Assembly: GCA_048128005.1 (NCBI GenBank)
Contig: JBEUKZ010000002.1
Coordinates: 124,001 to 188,000, forward strand
DNA length: 64,000 nucleotides
Direction: 5' to 3'
DNA from: Veleropilina oligotropha
Taxonomy: Eukaryota
This document shows, piece after piece, positions 27,054-41,300 of the stretch. How positions within the stretch are numbered: the stretch's first letter is position 1; every line of letters starts with the position of its first letter. The notes below the pieces were generated by a model, which was not told where the DNA came from, did no database searches, and saw only the letters and a program-made list of their open reading frames with translations. Both the position numbers and the translations under genes were made by a program.

Positions 27054-29311
27054 AATTAACTGTTAATTACTCGAATTTTCTGATTGGACTTGACAGTTCA
27101 CATGATCATATTTTGTGACGTTTATATGTAAATGAACCAGACCAGGGTGCGTTGTAAACTGACCATCGCTTAATAAGCGCTTAATTAGCGCTGACATAAC
27201 CGTTACAACGACATGTAATCGCTTACAAAATAGAGGGTAAACATTCCGATTTCACGAATAAACTATTTATTTGTAATACGAAACTTTGACAATTATTCAC
27301 ACAGGATAGGCTATGATACACCGTACTAGTTATATAGGACGAGATAAAATTATATCAGGAGCAGAATGGTAATAAATTAATTTAAATTTTATGAAAATAA
27401 TTTATTGTTTCTTAAAGATGCAGGATCTACTTCAGATCGCTAAAACGTATTTAAATGCTGTTCTCTCTTACACTTTCTGCATTGATTTATTGCATATAGT
27501 TAGGACCTTTCAGAGATTACCACACACGGCAAAAAAAAATTTCACTTAGTAATAAATATTTGAACTTTTTTTATTGAATTATGAGATCGATCTCATAATT
27601 CGAGCCAATTGTACGTGAGATTTATACGGAAATGAACGACGGCTCAACACGTCACTTAGCTCCGCCCTAAATCACTCTCGCGATCTACCGGGTCATTTCA
27701 AGGTCGACCTTGTCTGAGTTTGTTTATATCGGTTTCCATGGCGGATGTCGACACGAGAAAGAGAGGCAGGCCGCCGTTTTCGACTGTAAAATGGATGTAC
27801 GTGAAAAACTTGAAATAATAAATATCGCTATAAATGAAAATTGGATGCGGCTACTTCAACTTGTAAACAAACAGTGAAGCACTCGAAACAGTGAACGCCC
27901 ACGACATTACAATGTCGCGGTGCGCAATAGGCCTAATTAGTTTGTGAAATAAATATGGTTATTATGTTAGTATTGCTGCCATATACTACAATTATGTGAA
28001 ACTAGCTATATCTTTCAATGCAATACATCAATTTCAGCGAACTGCTAATACTAGTAAACACTGACCTAGATCCAACGCCATTTGCTTGCTCTGCACGTCA
28101 ATCATATCGACGGGACCACGTGACGTTTGACCCAATAACAATAAATGAGATAAGATGGCGTTCGGAGGTTGAAGCGCTCGAATAAAATACCACGTCGGCT
28201 GAAGCGATTATTAAATGCCAGCAACACCTTTTGTTGCATTTTAACTTTTCATTCGTCCTAAAAACATGTCATGTATGGATACCATATCGTATTTATGGTT
28301 TTCTTTTATATGAAATATCATACGAATGTAGATTCAGCATCTTTAATAATTGTTTAAATTTTTCTTTACTAAAATCAATATATGTCCATATGACAATGTT
28401 TCGCGCTGTCGAAATTTACATGTTTATAATACTGGCTTCAGAGACCGATACAGGCGGCCATCTTGCAAGCGCAAAATAAATATCTCAATAGAGGGCTACA
28501 AGCGATTGCAATCGGCTGAAGTTCAGAGGGTCGTTGTAAAACAAAGCGCTTTAATCGCTTGGCGTTTTACAACGCATAGCAGACGTACTTCAAGTACCGT
28601 AATGTTCGACTATAGTCGATTATTCAATCGTTTCGAGAGAAATTTCGTCATACGTCATCGAATTGTAACAGAGTGAACATCGTCGACATTGGGCGAAGAG
28701 TGAACATTGTGTCGGTTTATTCACGAGCAAAACCGATGACAAGCAAAACAATGCAGCAACTGCTTACGGAAATGAATTTGGCCTTATTATAATATTCATG
28801 AACTAGACTATAGTAGATAGTAGGGTGATAAACGGTAAACATGTATTTCGTATTCAATCAATCAAATGCGATCACCGCGTTCGCAGTCGCTTTCTGTATA
28901 AACAGGCCTTTAAAACGATATGACGACAGAATGAAACGCTGACAAGATCATAATATATTTAAAACATTTATGTGACGTCATCTATTGTTCTGGTCAGTTG
29001 TTTATTCTGTGCATTATTTTCTTGGCATTCAACTAATACACTCCAATAAAGGGCTCTCATTCAAATAATCCATCCAATTAAAGACCCTATTCAACTATTT
29101 CACTCCATTTAACTTCAATAGAGGCACATGGTGGAGAATGGGGATATTGTTCAATAGTGAAATTCTTTTAAATGAAATAAACTACTCAGTAGAGTTGAAT
29201 CGTTCACGGCCCTCGACAGGAGTGTATTCTCTGAACTATTCAACGCCATCGAGTAGTTTATCTCATACATATATTATAAGCTCCAAAAACACTCAGAACC
29301 AACAGTCACAT

Positions 29312-32300
29312 TGGTCCATGATCGGCAATTGTGGGTGCTTACCCAGGACACGTCAAATGCTATTGTCGACACATGATCGGCCATCGTGGGTGGTTACACC
29401 GTACACGTCAAATGCTATTGTCGACACATGGTCGGCCATTGTGGGTGGTTACCCCGGACACCTCAAATGCTATTGTCGACACATGATCGACCATTGTGGG
29501 TGGTTACCCCGGACACCTCAAATGCTATTGTCGACACGTGATCGGCCATTGTGGGTGGTTACCCTGGATACCTCAAATGCTATTGTCGACACGATGATCG
29601 GCCATTGTGGGTGGTTACCCCGGACACGTCAAATGCTATTGTCGACACATGATAGGCCATTGTGGGTGGTTACCCCGGACACCTCAAATGCTATTGTCGA
29701 CACATGATCGACCATTGTGGGTGGTTACCCCGGCCACCTCAAATGCTATTGTCGACACATGATCGGCCATTGTGGGCGGTTACCCTGGACACGTCAAATG
29801 CTATTGTCGACACATGATCGGCCATTGTGTGTGGTTACCCCGGACATGTCAAATGCTATTGTCGACACATGATTGGCCATTGTGGGTGGTTACCACGGAC
29901 ACCTCAAATGCTATTGTCGACACATGACGAGCATTGTGGGTGGTTACCCCGGACACCTCAAATACTATTGTGGACACTTGATCGGCCATTGTGGGTGGTC
30001 ACCCTGGACGCGCCAAATGCTATTGACGACACATTATCGGCCATTGTGGGTGGTTACCACGGACACGTCAAATGCAATTGTCAACACATGATCTGCCATT
30101 GTGGGTGGTTACCCAGGACACCTCAAATGCTCTTGGCGACACATGACAGCCATTGTGGGTGGTTATCCCGGACACCCCAAATGCTATTGTCGACACATAA
30201 TCGGCCATTGTGGGTGGTTACCTCGGACACCTCAAACGTTATTGTCGACACATGATATGCCATTGTGGGTGGTTACCCCGGACATGTCAAATGCTATTGT
30301 CGACACATGATCGGCCATTGTGGGTAGCGACCCCGGACACGTCAAATACCCTTGTCGACACATGATCGGCCATTGTGGGTGGTTACCACGGACACGTCAA
30401 ATGCTATTGTTGACACATGATCGGCCATTTTGGGTGGTTACCCCAGACACCTCAAATGTTATTGTCGACACATGATCCACCATTGCGGGTGGTTACCCCG
30501 GACACCTCAAACTCTATTGTCGACAAATGATATGCCATTGTGGATGGTTACCATGGATATGTCAACCGCTATTGTCGACACATGACGGCCATTGTGGGTG
30601 GTTACCCCGGACACCTCAAATGCTATTGTCGACACATGACGGCCATTGTGGGTGGTTACCCCGGACACCTCAAATGTTATTGTCGACACATGACCGACCA
30701 TTGTGGGTGGTTACCCCAGACACCTCAAATTCTATTGTCGAAAAATGATATGCCATTGTGGATGGTTACCACGGACACCTCAAATGCTATTGTCGACACA
30801 TGATCGGCCATTGTGGGTGGTTACCCCGGACACGTCAACTGCTATTGTCGACACATACTCGGTCATTGTGGGTGGTTACCCAGGACACGCCAAATGCTAT
30901 TGTCGACACATGATCGGCCATTGTGGGTGGTTACCCTGGACACGTCAAATGCTATTGTCGACACATGATCTGTCATTGTGAGTGGTTACTCCAGACACGT
31001 CAAATGCTATTGTCGACACATGATCGGCCATTGTGGGTGGTTACCGTGGACACCTCAAATGCTATTGTCGACACATGACGGCCATTGTGGGTGGTTACCC
31101 CGGACACCTCAAATACGATTGTCGACACTTGATCGGCTATTGTGGGTGGTTACCCCGGATGCGTCAAATGCTATTGTCGACACATTATCGGCCATTGTGG
31201 GTGGTTACCCCGGACACGTCAAATGCTATTGTTGACACATGATCGGCCATTGTGGGTGGTTACACTGGACACCTCAAATGCTATTGTCGACACATGATAT
31301 GCCATTGTGGGTGGTTACCCCGGACATGTCAAATGCTATTGTCGACACATGATCGGCCATTGTTTGTGGTTACCCAGGACACCTCAAATGCTATTGTCGA
31401 CACATGATATGCCATTGTGGGTGGTTATCCCGGACATGTCAAATGCTATTGTCGACACATGATCGGCCATTGTTTGTGGTTACCCAGGACACCGCAAATG
31501 CTATTGTCGACATATGATATACCATTGTGGGTGGTTACCCCGGACACCTCAAATGGTCTTGTCGACACATGATCAGCCATTGTGGGTGGTTACCCCGGAC
31601 ACCTCATATGCTATTGTAGACACATGATCGGCCATTGTGGGTGGTTACCCCGGACATCGCAAATGCTATTTTCGATACTTGATCGGCCATTGGTGGTGGT
31701 TAATCTGGACGCATCAAATGCTATTGACGATACATTATCGGCCATTGTGGGTGGTTATCCCGGACACGTCAAATGATATTGTTGACACATGATCGGCCAT
31801 TGTGGGTGGTTACCCCGGACACGTCAAATGCTATTGTCGACACATGATCGGCCATTGTGGGTGGTTACCTGGACACGTCAAATGCTACTGTTGACACATG
31901 ATCGGCCATTTTGGGCGGTTACCACGGACACCTCAAATGCTATTGTCGACACATGCCGGCCATTGTGTGTGGTTACCCCGGACACGTCAAATGCTATTGT
32001 TGACTCATGATCGGCCATTTTGGGTGGTTACCACGGACACCTCAAATGCTATTGTCGACACACGATCGACCATTGTGGTTGGTTACCCCGTACACGTCCA
32101 TTGTGGGTGGTTACCCCGGACACGTCTAATGCTATTGTCGACACATGATCGGCCATTGTGGGTGGTTACCCCGGACACGTCAAATGCTATTGTTGACACA
32201 TGATCGGCCATTTTGGGCGGTTACCACGGACACCTCAAATGCTATTGTCGACAAATGACGGCCATTGTTTGTGGTTACCCCGGACGTCAAATGCTATTTT

Positions 32301-35300
32301 GACTCATGATCGGCCATTTTGGGTGGTTACCACGGACACCTCAAATGCTATTGTCGACACATGATCGACCATTGTGGGTGGCTACCCCGGACACGTCAAA
32401 TACCGTTGTCGACACATGATCGGCCATTATGGGTGGTTACCCCGGACACGTCAAATGCTATTGTTGACACATGATCGGCCATTTTGGGTGGTTACCACGG
32501 ACACCTAAAATGCTATTGTCGAAACATGACGGCCATTGTGGGTGGTTACCCCAGACACCTCAAATGTTATGACACATGATCGACCATTGTGGGTGATTAC
32601 CCCGGACACCTCAAATTATATTGTCGACAAATGATATACCATTGTGGATGGTTACCATGGATATGTCAACCGCTATTGTCGACACATGACGGCCATTGTG
32701 GGTGGTTACCCCGGACACCTCAAATGCTATTGTTGACACATGATCGGCCATTGTGGGTGGTTACCTCGGACACCTCAAATGCTATTGTCAACACATGATA
32801 TGCCACTGTGGGTGATACCCCGGACACCTCCCTCAAATGCTATTGTCGACACATTATCGGCCATTTTGGGTGGTTACCCCGGACACCGCAAATGCTATTG
32901 TCGACATATGATATACCATTGTGGGTGGTTACCCCGGACACCTCAAATGGTCATGTCGACACATAATCAGCCATTGTGGGTGGTTACCACGGACACCTCA
33001 TATGCTATTGTAGACACATGATCGGCCATTGTGGGTGGTTACCCCAGACATCTCAAATGCTATTTTCGATACTTGATCGGCCACTGTGGGTGGTTACCCT
33101 GGACGCATTAAATGCTATTGACGATACATTATCGGCCATTGTGGGTGGTTATCCCGGACACGTCAAATGATATTGTTGACACATGATCGGCCATTGTGGG
33201 TGGTTACCCCGGACACCTCAAATGCTCTTGTCGACACATGACGGCCATTGTCGGTGGTTACCCAGGCACCTCAAATGTTATTGTCGACACATGATATGCC
33301 ATTGTGGGTGGTTACCCAGGACATGTCAAATGCTATTGTCGACACATGATCGGCCATTGTGGGTGGTTACCCCAGACACGTCAAATGCTATTGTCGACAC
33401 ATGATCGGCCATTGTGGGTGGTTACCCCGGACACGGTCAAATGCTATTGCTGACACAAGATCGGCCATTTTGGGCGGTTACCACTGACACCTCACATGAT
33501 ATTGTCGACACATGACGGCCATTGTGTGTGGTTACCCCGGACACGTCAAATGCTATTGTTGACTCATGATCGGCCATTTTGGGTGGTTACCACGGACACC
33601 GCAAATGCTATTGTCGATACATGATCGACCATTGCGGTTGGTTACCCCAGACACGTCCATTGTGGGTGGTTACCCCGGACACGTCTAATGCTATTGTCGA
33701 CACATGATCGTCCATTGTGGGTGGTTACCACGGACACGTCAAATGCTATTGTTGACACATGATCGGCCATTTTGGGCGGTTACCACGGACACCTCAAATG
33801 CTATTGTCGACAAATGACGGCCATTCTGTGTGGTTACCCCGGACACGTCAAATTCTATTGTTGACTCATGATCGGCCATTTTGGGTGGTTACCACGGACA
33901 CCTCAAATGCTATTGTCGACACATGATCGACCATTGTGGGTGGTTACCCCGGACACGTCAAATGCTATTGTCGACACATGATCGGCAATTGTGGGTGGTT
34001 CCCCGAACACGTCAAATGCTATTGTCGACACATGATCGGCCGTTGTTGGGGGTTACCCTGGACACCTTAAATGCTATTGTTGACACATGACGGCCATTGT
34101 GGGTGGTTACCCCGTACACCTCAAATGCTATTGTCAATGCATGATCGACCATTGGGGGCGGTTACCCCGGACACCTCAAATGCTATTGTCGACAAATGAT
34201 ATGCCATTGCGGATGGTTACCCCAGATACGTCAACTGCTATTGTCGACACATGACGGCCATTGTGGGTGGTTACCCCGGACACCTCAAATGCTATTGTCG
34301 ACACATGATCGGCCATTGTGGGTGGTTACCCGGACACCTCAAATGCTATTGTCGACAAATGATATGCCATTGTGGATGGTTACCCCAAACACGTCAACTG
34401 CTATTGTCGACACATCATCGGCCATTGTGGGTGAATACCCCGACACGTCAAATGCTATTGTCGACACATGATCGGTCATTGTGTGTGGTTACCCCGGACA
34501 TGTCAAATGCTATTGCCGACACATGATCGTCCATTGTGGGTGGTTACCGCGGGCACCTCAAATGCTATTGTCGACACATGATGGCCATTGTGGGTGGTTA
34601 CCCTGGACACCTCAAATGCTATTGTTGATACTTGATTGGCCATTGTGGGTGGTTACCCCGGACGCGTCAAATGCTACTGTCGACACATTATCGGCCATTG
34701 TGGGTTGTTACCCCGGACACCTCAAATGCTATTGTCGACACATGATCTGCCATTGTGGGTGGTTACCTCGGACACCTCAAATGCTATTGTCGACACATGA
34801 TATGCCCTTTTGGGTGGTTACCTCGGACACCTCAAATGCTATTGTCGACACATGATCGGCCATTGTGGGTGGTTACCCCGGACACCCCAAATGCTATTGT
34901 CGACACATAATCGGCCATTGTGGGTGGTTACCTCGGACACCTCAAACGTTATTGTCGACACATGATATGCCATTGTGGGTGGTTACCCCGGACATGTCAA
35001 ATGCTATTGTCGACACATGATCGGCCATTGTGGGTAGCGACCCCGGACACGTCAAATACCCTTGTCGACACATGATCGGCCATTGTGGGTGGTTACCCCG
35101 GACACGTCAAATGCTATTGTTGACACATGATCGGCCATTTTGGGTGGTTACCCCAGACACCTCAAATGTTATTGTCGACACATGATCCACCATTGCGGGT
35201 GGTTACCCCGGACACCTCAAACTCTATTGTCGACAAATGATATGCCATTGTGGATGGTTACCATGGATATGTCAACCGCTATTGTCGACACATGACGGCC

Positions 35301-38300
35301 ATTGTGGGTGGTTACCCCGGACACCTCAAATGCTATTGTCGACACATGACGGCCATTGTGGGTGGTTACCCCGGACACCTCAAATGTTATTGTCGACACA
35401 TGACCGACCATTGTGGGTGGTTACCCCAGACACCTCAAATTCTATTGTCGAAAAATGATATGCCATTGTGGATGGTTACCACGGACACCTCAAATGCTAT
35501 TGTCGACACATGATCGGCCATTGTGGGTGGTTACCCCGGACACGTCAACTGCTATTGTCGACACATACTCGGTCATTGTGGGTGGTTACCCAGGACACGC
35601 CAAATGCTATTGTCGACACATGATCGGCCATTGTGGGTGGTTACCCTGGACACGTCAAATGCTATTGTCGACACATGATCTGTCATTGTGAGTGGTTACT
35701 CCGGACACGTCAAATGCTATTGTCGACACATGATCGGCCATTGTGGGTGGTTACCGTGGACACCTCAAATGCTATTGTCGACACATGACGGCCATTGTGG
35801 GTGGTTACCCCGGACACCTCAAATACGATTGTCGACACTTGATCGGCTATTGTGGGTGGTTACCCCGGATGCGTCAAATGCTATTGTCGACACATTATCG
35901 GCCATTGTGGGTGGTTACCCCGGACACGTCAAATGCTATTGTTGACACATGATCGGCCATTGTGGGTGGTTACACTGGACACCTTAAATGCTATTGTCGA
36001 CACATGATCGGCCATTGTGGGTGGTTACCTCGGACACCTCAAATGCTATTGTCGACACATGATATGCCATTGTGGGTGGTTACCCCGGACATGTCAAATG
36101 CTATTGTCGACACATGATCGGCCATTGTTTGTGGTTACCCAGGACACCTCAAATGCTATTGTCGACACATGATATGCCATTGTGGGTGGTTATCCCGGAC
36201 ATGTCAAATGCTATTGTCGACACATGATCGGCCATTGTTTGTGGTTACCCAGGACACCGCAAATGCTATTGTCGACATATGATATACCATTGTGGGTGGT
36301 TACCCCGGACACCTCAAATGGTCTTGTCGACACATGATCAGCCATTGTGGGTGGTTACCCCGGACACCTCATATGCTATTGTAGACACATGATCGGCCAT
36401 TGTGGGTGGTTACCCCGGACATCGCAAATGCTATTTTCGATACTTGATCGGCCATTGGTGGTGGTTAATCTGGACGCATCAAATGCTATTGACGATACAT
36501 TATCGGCCATTGTGGGTGGTTATCCCGGACACGTCAAATGCTATTGTCGACACATGATCGGCCATTGTGGGTGGTTACCTGGACACGTCAAATGCTACTG
36601 TTGACACATGATCGGCCATTTTGGGCGGTTACCACGGACACCTCAAATGCTATTGTCGACACATGCCGGCCATTGTGTGTGGTTACCCCGGACACGTCAA
36701 ATGCTATTGTTGACTCATGATCGGCCATTTTGGGTGGTTACCACGGACACCTCAAATGCTATTGTCGACACATGATCGACCATTGTGGTTGGTTACCCCG
36801 TACACGTCCATTGTGGGTGGTTACCCCGGACACGTCTAATGCTATTGTCGACACATGATCGGCCATTGTGGGTGGTTACCCCGGACACGTCAAATGCTAT
36901 TGTTGACACATGATCGGCCATTTTGGGCGGTTACCACGGACACCTCAAATGCTATTGTCGACAAATGACGGCCATTGTGTGTGGTTACCCCGGACGTCAA
37001 ATGCTATTTTGACTCATGATCGGCCATTTTGGGTGGTTACCACGGACACCTCAAATGCTATTGTCGACACATGATCGACCATTGTGGGTGGCTACCCCGG
37101 ACACGTCAAATACCGTTGTCGACACATGATCGGCCATTATGGGTGGTTACCCCGGACACGTCAAATGCTATTGTTGACACATGATCGGCCATTTTGGGTG
37201 GTTACCACGGACACCTAAAATGCTATTGTCGAAACATGACGGCCATTGTGGGTGGTTACCCCAGACACCTCAAATGTTATGACACATGATCGACCATTGT
37301 GGGTGATTACCCCGGACACCTCAAATTATATTGTCGACAAATGATATACCATTGTGGATGGTTACCATGGATATGTCAACCGCTATTGTCGACACATGAC
37401 GGCCATTGTGGGTGGTTACCCCGGACACCTCAAATGCTATTGTTGACACATGATCGGCCATTGTGGGTGGTTACCTCGGACACCTCAAATGCTATTGTCA
37501 ACACATGATATGCCACTGTGGGTGATACCCCGGACACCTCCCTCAAATGCTATTGTCGACACATTATCGGCCATTTTGGGTGGTTACCCCGGACACCGCA
37601 AATGCTATTGTCGACATATGATATACCATTGTGGGTGGTTACCCCGGACACCTCAAATGGTCATGTCGACACATAATCAGCCATTGTGGGTGGTTACCAC
37701 GGACACCTCATATGCTATTGTAGACACATGATCGGCCATTGTGGGTGGTTACCCCAGACATCTCAAATGCTATTTTCGATACTTGATCGGCCACTGTGGG
37801 TGGTTACCCTGGACGCATTAAATGCTATTGACGATACATTATCGGCCATTGTGGGTGGTTATCCCGGACACGTCAAATGATATTGTTGACACATGATCGG
37901 CCATTGTGGGTGGTTACCCCGGACACCTCAAATGCTCTTGTCGACACATGACGGCCATTGTCGGTGGTTACCCAGGCACCTCAAATGTTATTGTCGACAC
38001 ATGATATGCCATTGTGGGTGGTTACCCAGGACATGTCAAATGCTATTGTCGACACATGATCGGCCATTGTGGGTGGTTACCCCAGACACGTCAAATGCTA
38101 TTGTCGACACATGATCGGCCATTGTGGGTGGTTACCCCGGACACGGTCAAATGCTATTGCTGACACAAGATCGGCCATTTTGGGCGGTTACCACTGACAC
38201 CTCACATGATATTGTCGACACATGACGGCCATTGTGTGTGGTTACCCCGGACACGTCAAATGCTATTGTTGACTCATGATCGGCCATTTTGGGTGGTTAC

Positions 38301-41300
38301 CACGGACACCGCAAATGCTATTGTCGATACATGATCGACCATTGCGGTTGGTTACCCCAGACACGTCCATTGTGGGTGGTTACCCCGGACACGTCTAATG
38401 CTATTGTCGACACATGATCGTCCATTGTGGGTGGTTACCACGGACACGTCAAATGCTATTGTTGACACATGATCGGCCATTTTGGGCGGTTACCACGGAC
38501 ACCTCAAATGCTATTGTCGACAAATGACGGCCATTCTGTGTGGTTACCCCGGACACGTCAAATTCTATTGTTGACTCATGATCGGCCATTTTGGGTGGTT
38601 ACCACGGACACCTCAAATGCTATTGTCGACACATGATCGACCATTGTGGGTGGTTACCCCGGACACGTCAAATGCTATTGTCGACACATGATCGGCAATT
38701 GTGGGTGGTTCCCCGAACACGTCAAATGCTATTGTCGACACATGATCGGCCGTTGTTGGGGGTTACCCTGGACACCTTAAATGCTATTGTTGACACATGA
38801 CGGCCATTGTGGGTGGTTACCCCGTACACCTCAAATGCTATTGTCAATGCATGATCGACCATTGGGGGCGGTTACCCCGGACACCTCAAATGCTATTGTC
38901 GACAAATGATATGCCATTGCGGATGGTTACCCCAGATACGTCAACTGCTATTGTCGACACATGACGGCCATTGTGGGTGGTTACCCCGGACACCTCAAAT
39001 GCTATTGTCGACACATGATCGGCCATTGTGGGTGGTTACCCGGACACCTCAAATGCTATTGTCGACAAATGATATGCCATTGTGGATGGTTACCCCAAAC
39101 ACGTCAACTGCTATTGTCGACACATCATCGGCCATTGTGGGTGAATACCCCGACACGTCAAATGCTATTGTCGACACATGATCGGTCATTGTGTGTGGTT
39201 ACCCCGGACATGTCAAATGCTATTGCCGACACATGATCGTCCATTGTGGGTGGTTACCGCGGGCACCTCAAATGCTATTGTCGACACATGATGGCCATTG
39301 TGGGTGGTTACCCTGGACACCTCAAATGCTATTGTTGATACTTGATTGGCCATTGTGGGTGGTTACCCCGGACGCGTCAAATGCTACTGTCGACACATTA
39401 TCGGCCATTGTGGGTTGTTACCCCGGACACCTCAAATGCTATTGTCGACACATGATCTGCCATTGTGGGTGGTTACCTCGGACACCTCAAATGCTATTGT
39501 CGACACATGATATGCCCTTTTGGGTGGTTACCTCGGACACCTCAAATGCTATTGTCGACACATGATCGGCCATTGTGGGTGGTTACCCCGGACACCCCAA
39601 ATGCTATTGTCGACACATAATCGGCCATTGTGGGTGGTTACCTCGGACACCTCAAACGTTATTGTCGACACATGATATGCCATTGTGGGTGGTTACCCCG
39701 GACATGTCAAATGCTATTGTCGACACATGATCGGCCATTGTGGGTAGCGACCCCGGACACGTCAAATACCCTTGTCGACACATGATCGGCCATTGTGGGT
39801 GGTTACCCCGGACACGTCAAATGCTATTGTTGACACATGATCGGCCATTTTGGGTGGTTACCCCAGACACCTCAAATGTTATTGTCGACACATGATCCAC
39901 CATTGCGGGTGGTTACCCCGGACACCTCAAACTCTATTGTCGACAAATGATATGCCATTGTGGATGGTTACCATGGATATGTCAACCGCTATTGTCGACA
40001 CATGACGGCCATTGTGGGTGGTTACCCCGGACACCTCAAATGCTATTGTCGACACATGACGGCCATTGTGGGTGGTTACCCCGGACACCTCAAATGTTAT
40101 TGTCGACACATGACCGACCATTGTGGGTGGTTACCCCAGACACCTCAAATTCTATTGTCGAAAAATGATATGCCATTGTGGATGGTTACCACGGACACCT
40201 CAAATGCTATTGTCGACACATGATCGGCCATTGTGGGTGGTTACCCCGGACACGTCAACTGCTATTGTCGACACATACTCGGTCATTGTGGGTGGTTACC
40301 CAGGACACGCCAAATGCTATTGTCGACACATGATCGGCCATTGTGGGTGGTTACCCTGGACACGTCAAATGCTATTGTCGACACATGATCTGTCATTGTG
40401 AGTGGTTACTCCGGACACGTCAAATGCTATTGTCGACACATGATCGGCCATTGTGGGTGGTTACCGTGGACACCTCAAATGCTATTGTCGACACATGACG
40501 GCCATTGTGGGTGGTTACCCCGGACACCTCAAATACGATTGTCGACACTTGATCGGCTATTGTGGGTGGTTACCCCGGATGCGTCAAATGCTATTGTCGA
40601 CACATTATCGGCCATTGTGGGTGGTTACCCCGGACACGTCAAATGCTATTGTTGACACATGATCGGCCATTGTGGGTGGTTACACTGGACACCTTAAATG
40701 CTATTGTCGACACATGATCGGCCATTGTGGGTGGTTACCTCGGACACCTCAAATGCTATTGTCGACACATGATATGCCATTGTGGGTGGTTACCCCGGAC
40801 ATGTCAAATGCTATTGTCGACACATGATCGGCCATTGTTTGTGGTTACCCAGGACACCTCAAATGCTATTGTCGACACATGATATGCCATTGTGGGTGGT
40901 TATCCCGGACATGTCAAATGCTATTGTCGACACATGATCGGCCATTGTTTGTGGTTACCCAGGACACCGCAAATGCTATTGTCGACATATGATATACCAT
41001 TGTGGGTGGTTACCCCGGACACCTCAAATGGTCTTGTCGACACATGATCAGCCATTGTGGGTGGTTACCCCGGACACCTCATATGCTATTGTAGACACAT
41101 GATCGGCCATTGTGGGTGGTTACCCCGGACATCGCAAATGCTATTTTCGATACTTGATCGGCCATTGGTGGTGGTTAATCTGGACGCATCAAATGCTATT
41201 GACGATACATTATCGGCCATTGTGGGTGGTTATCCCGGACACGTCAAATGATATTGTTGACACATGATCGGCCATTGTGGGTGGTTACCCCGGACACGTC

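Larger units (their letters stand above)
24652..28911. mobile_element. Non-autonomous TIR element carrying nested MITEs
   Basis: TIRs aggcctgtttatacagaaagcgac / gtcgctttctgtataaacaggcct plus inverted gcatttgattgattgaata. No coding capacity; TSD ambiguous. Confidence 0.6.
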
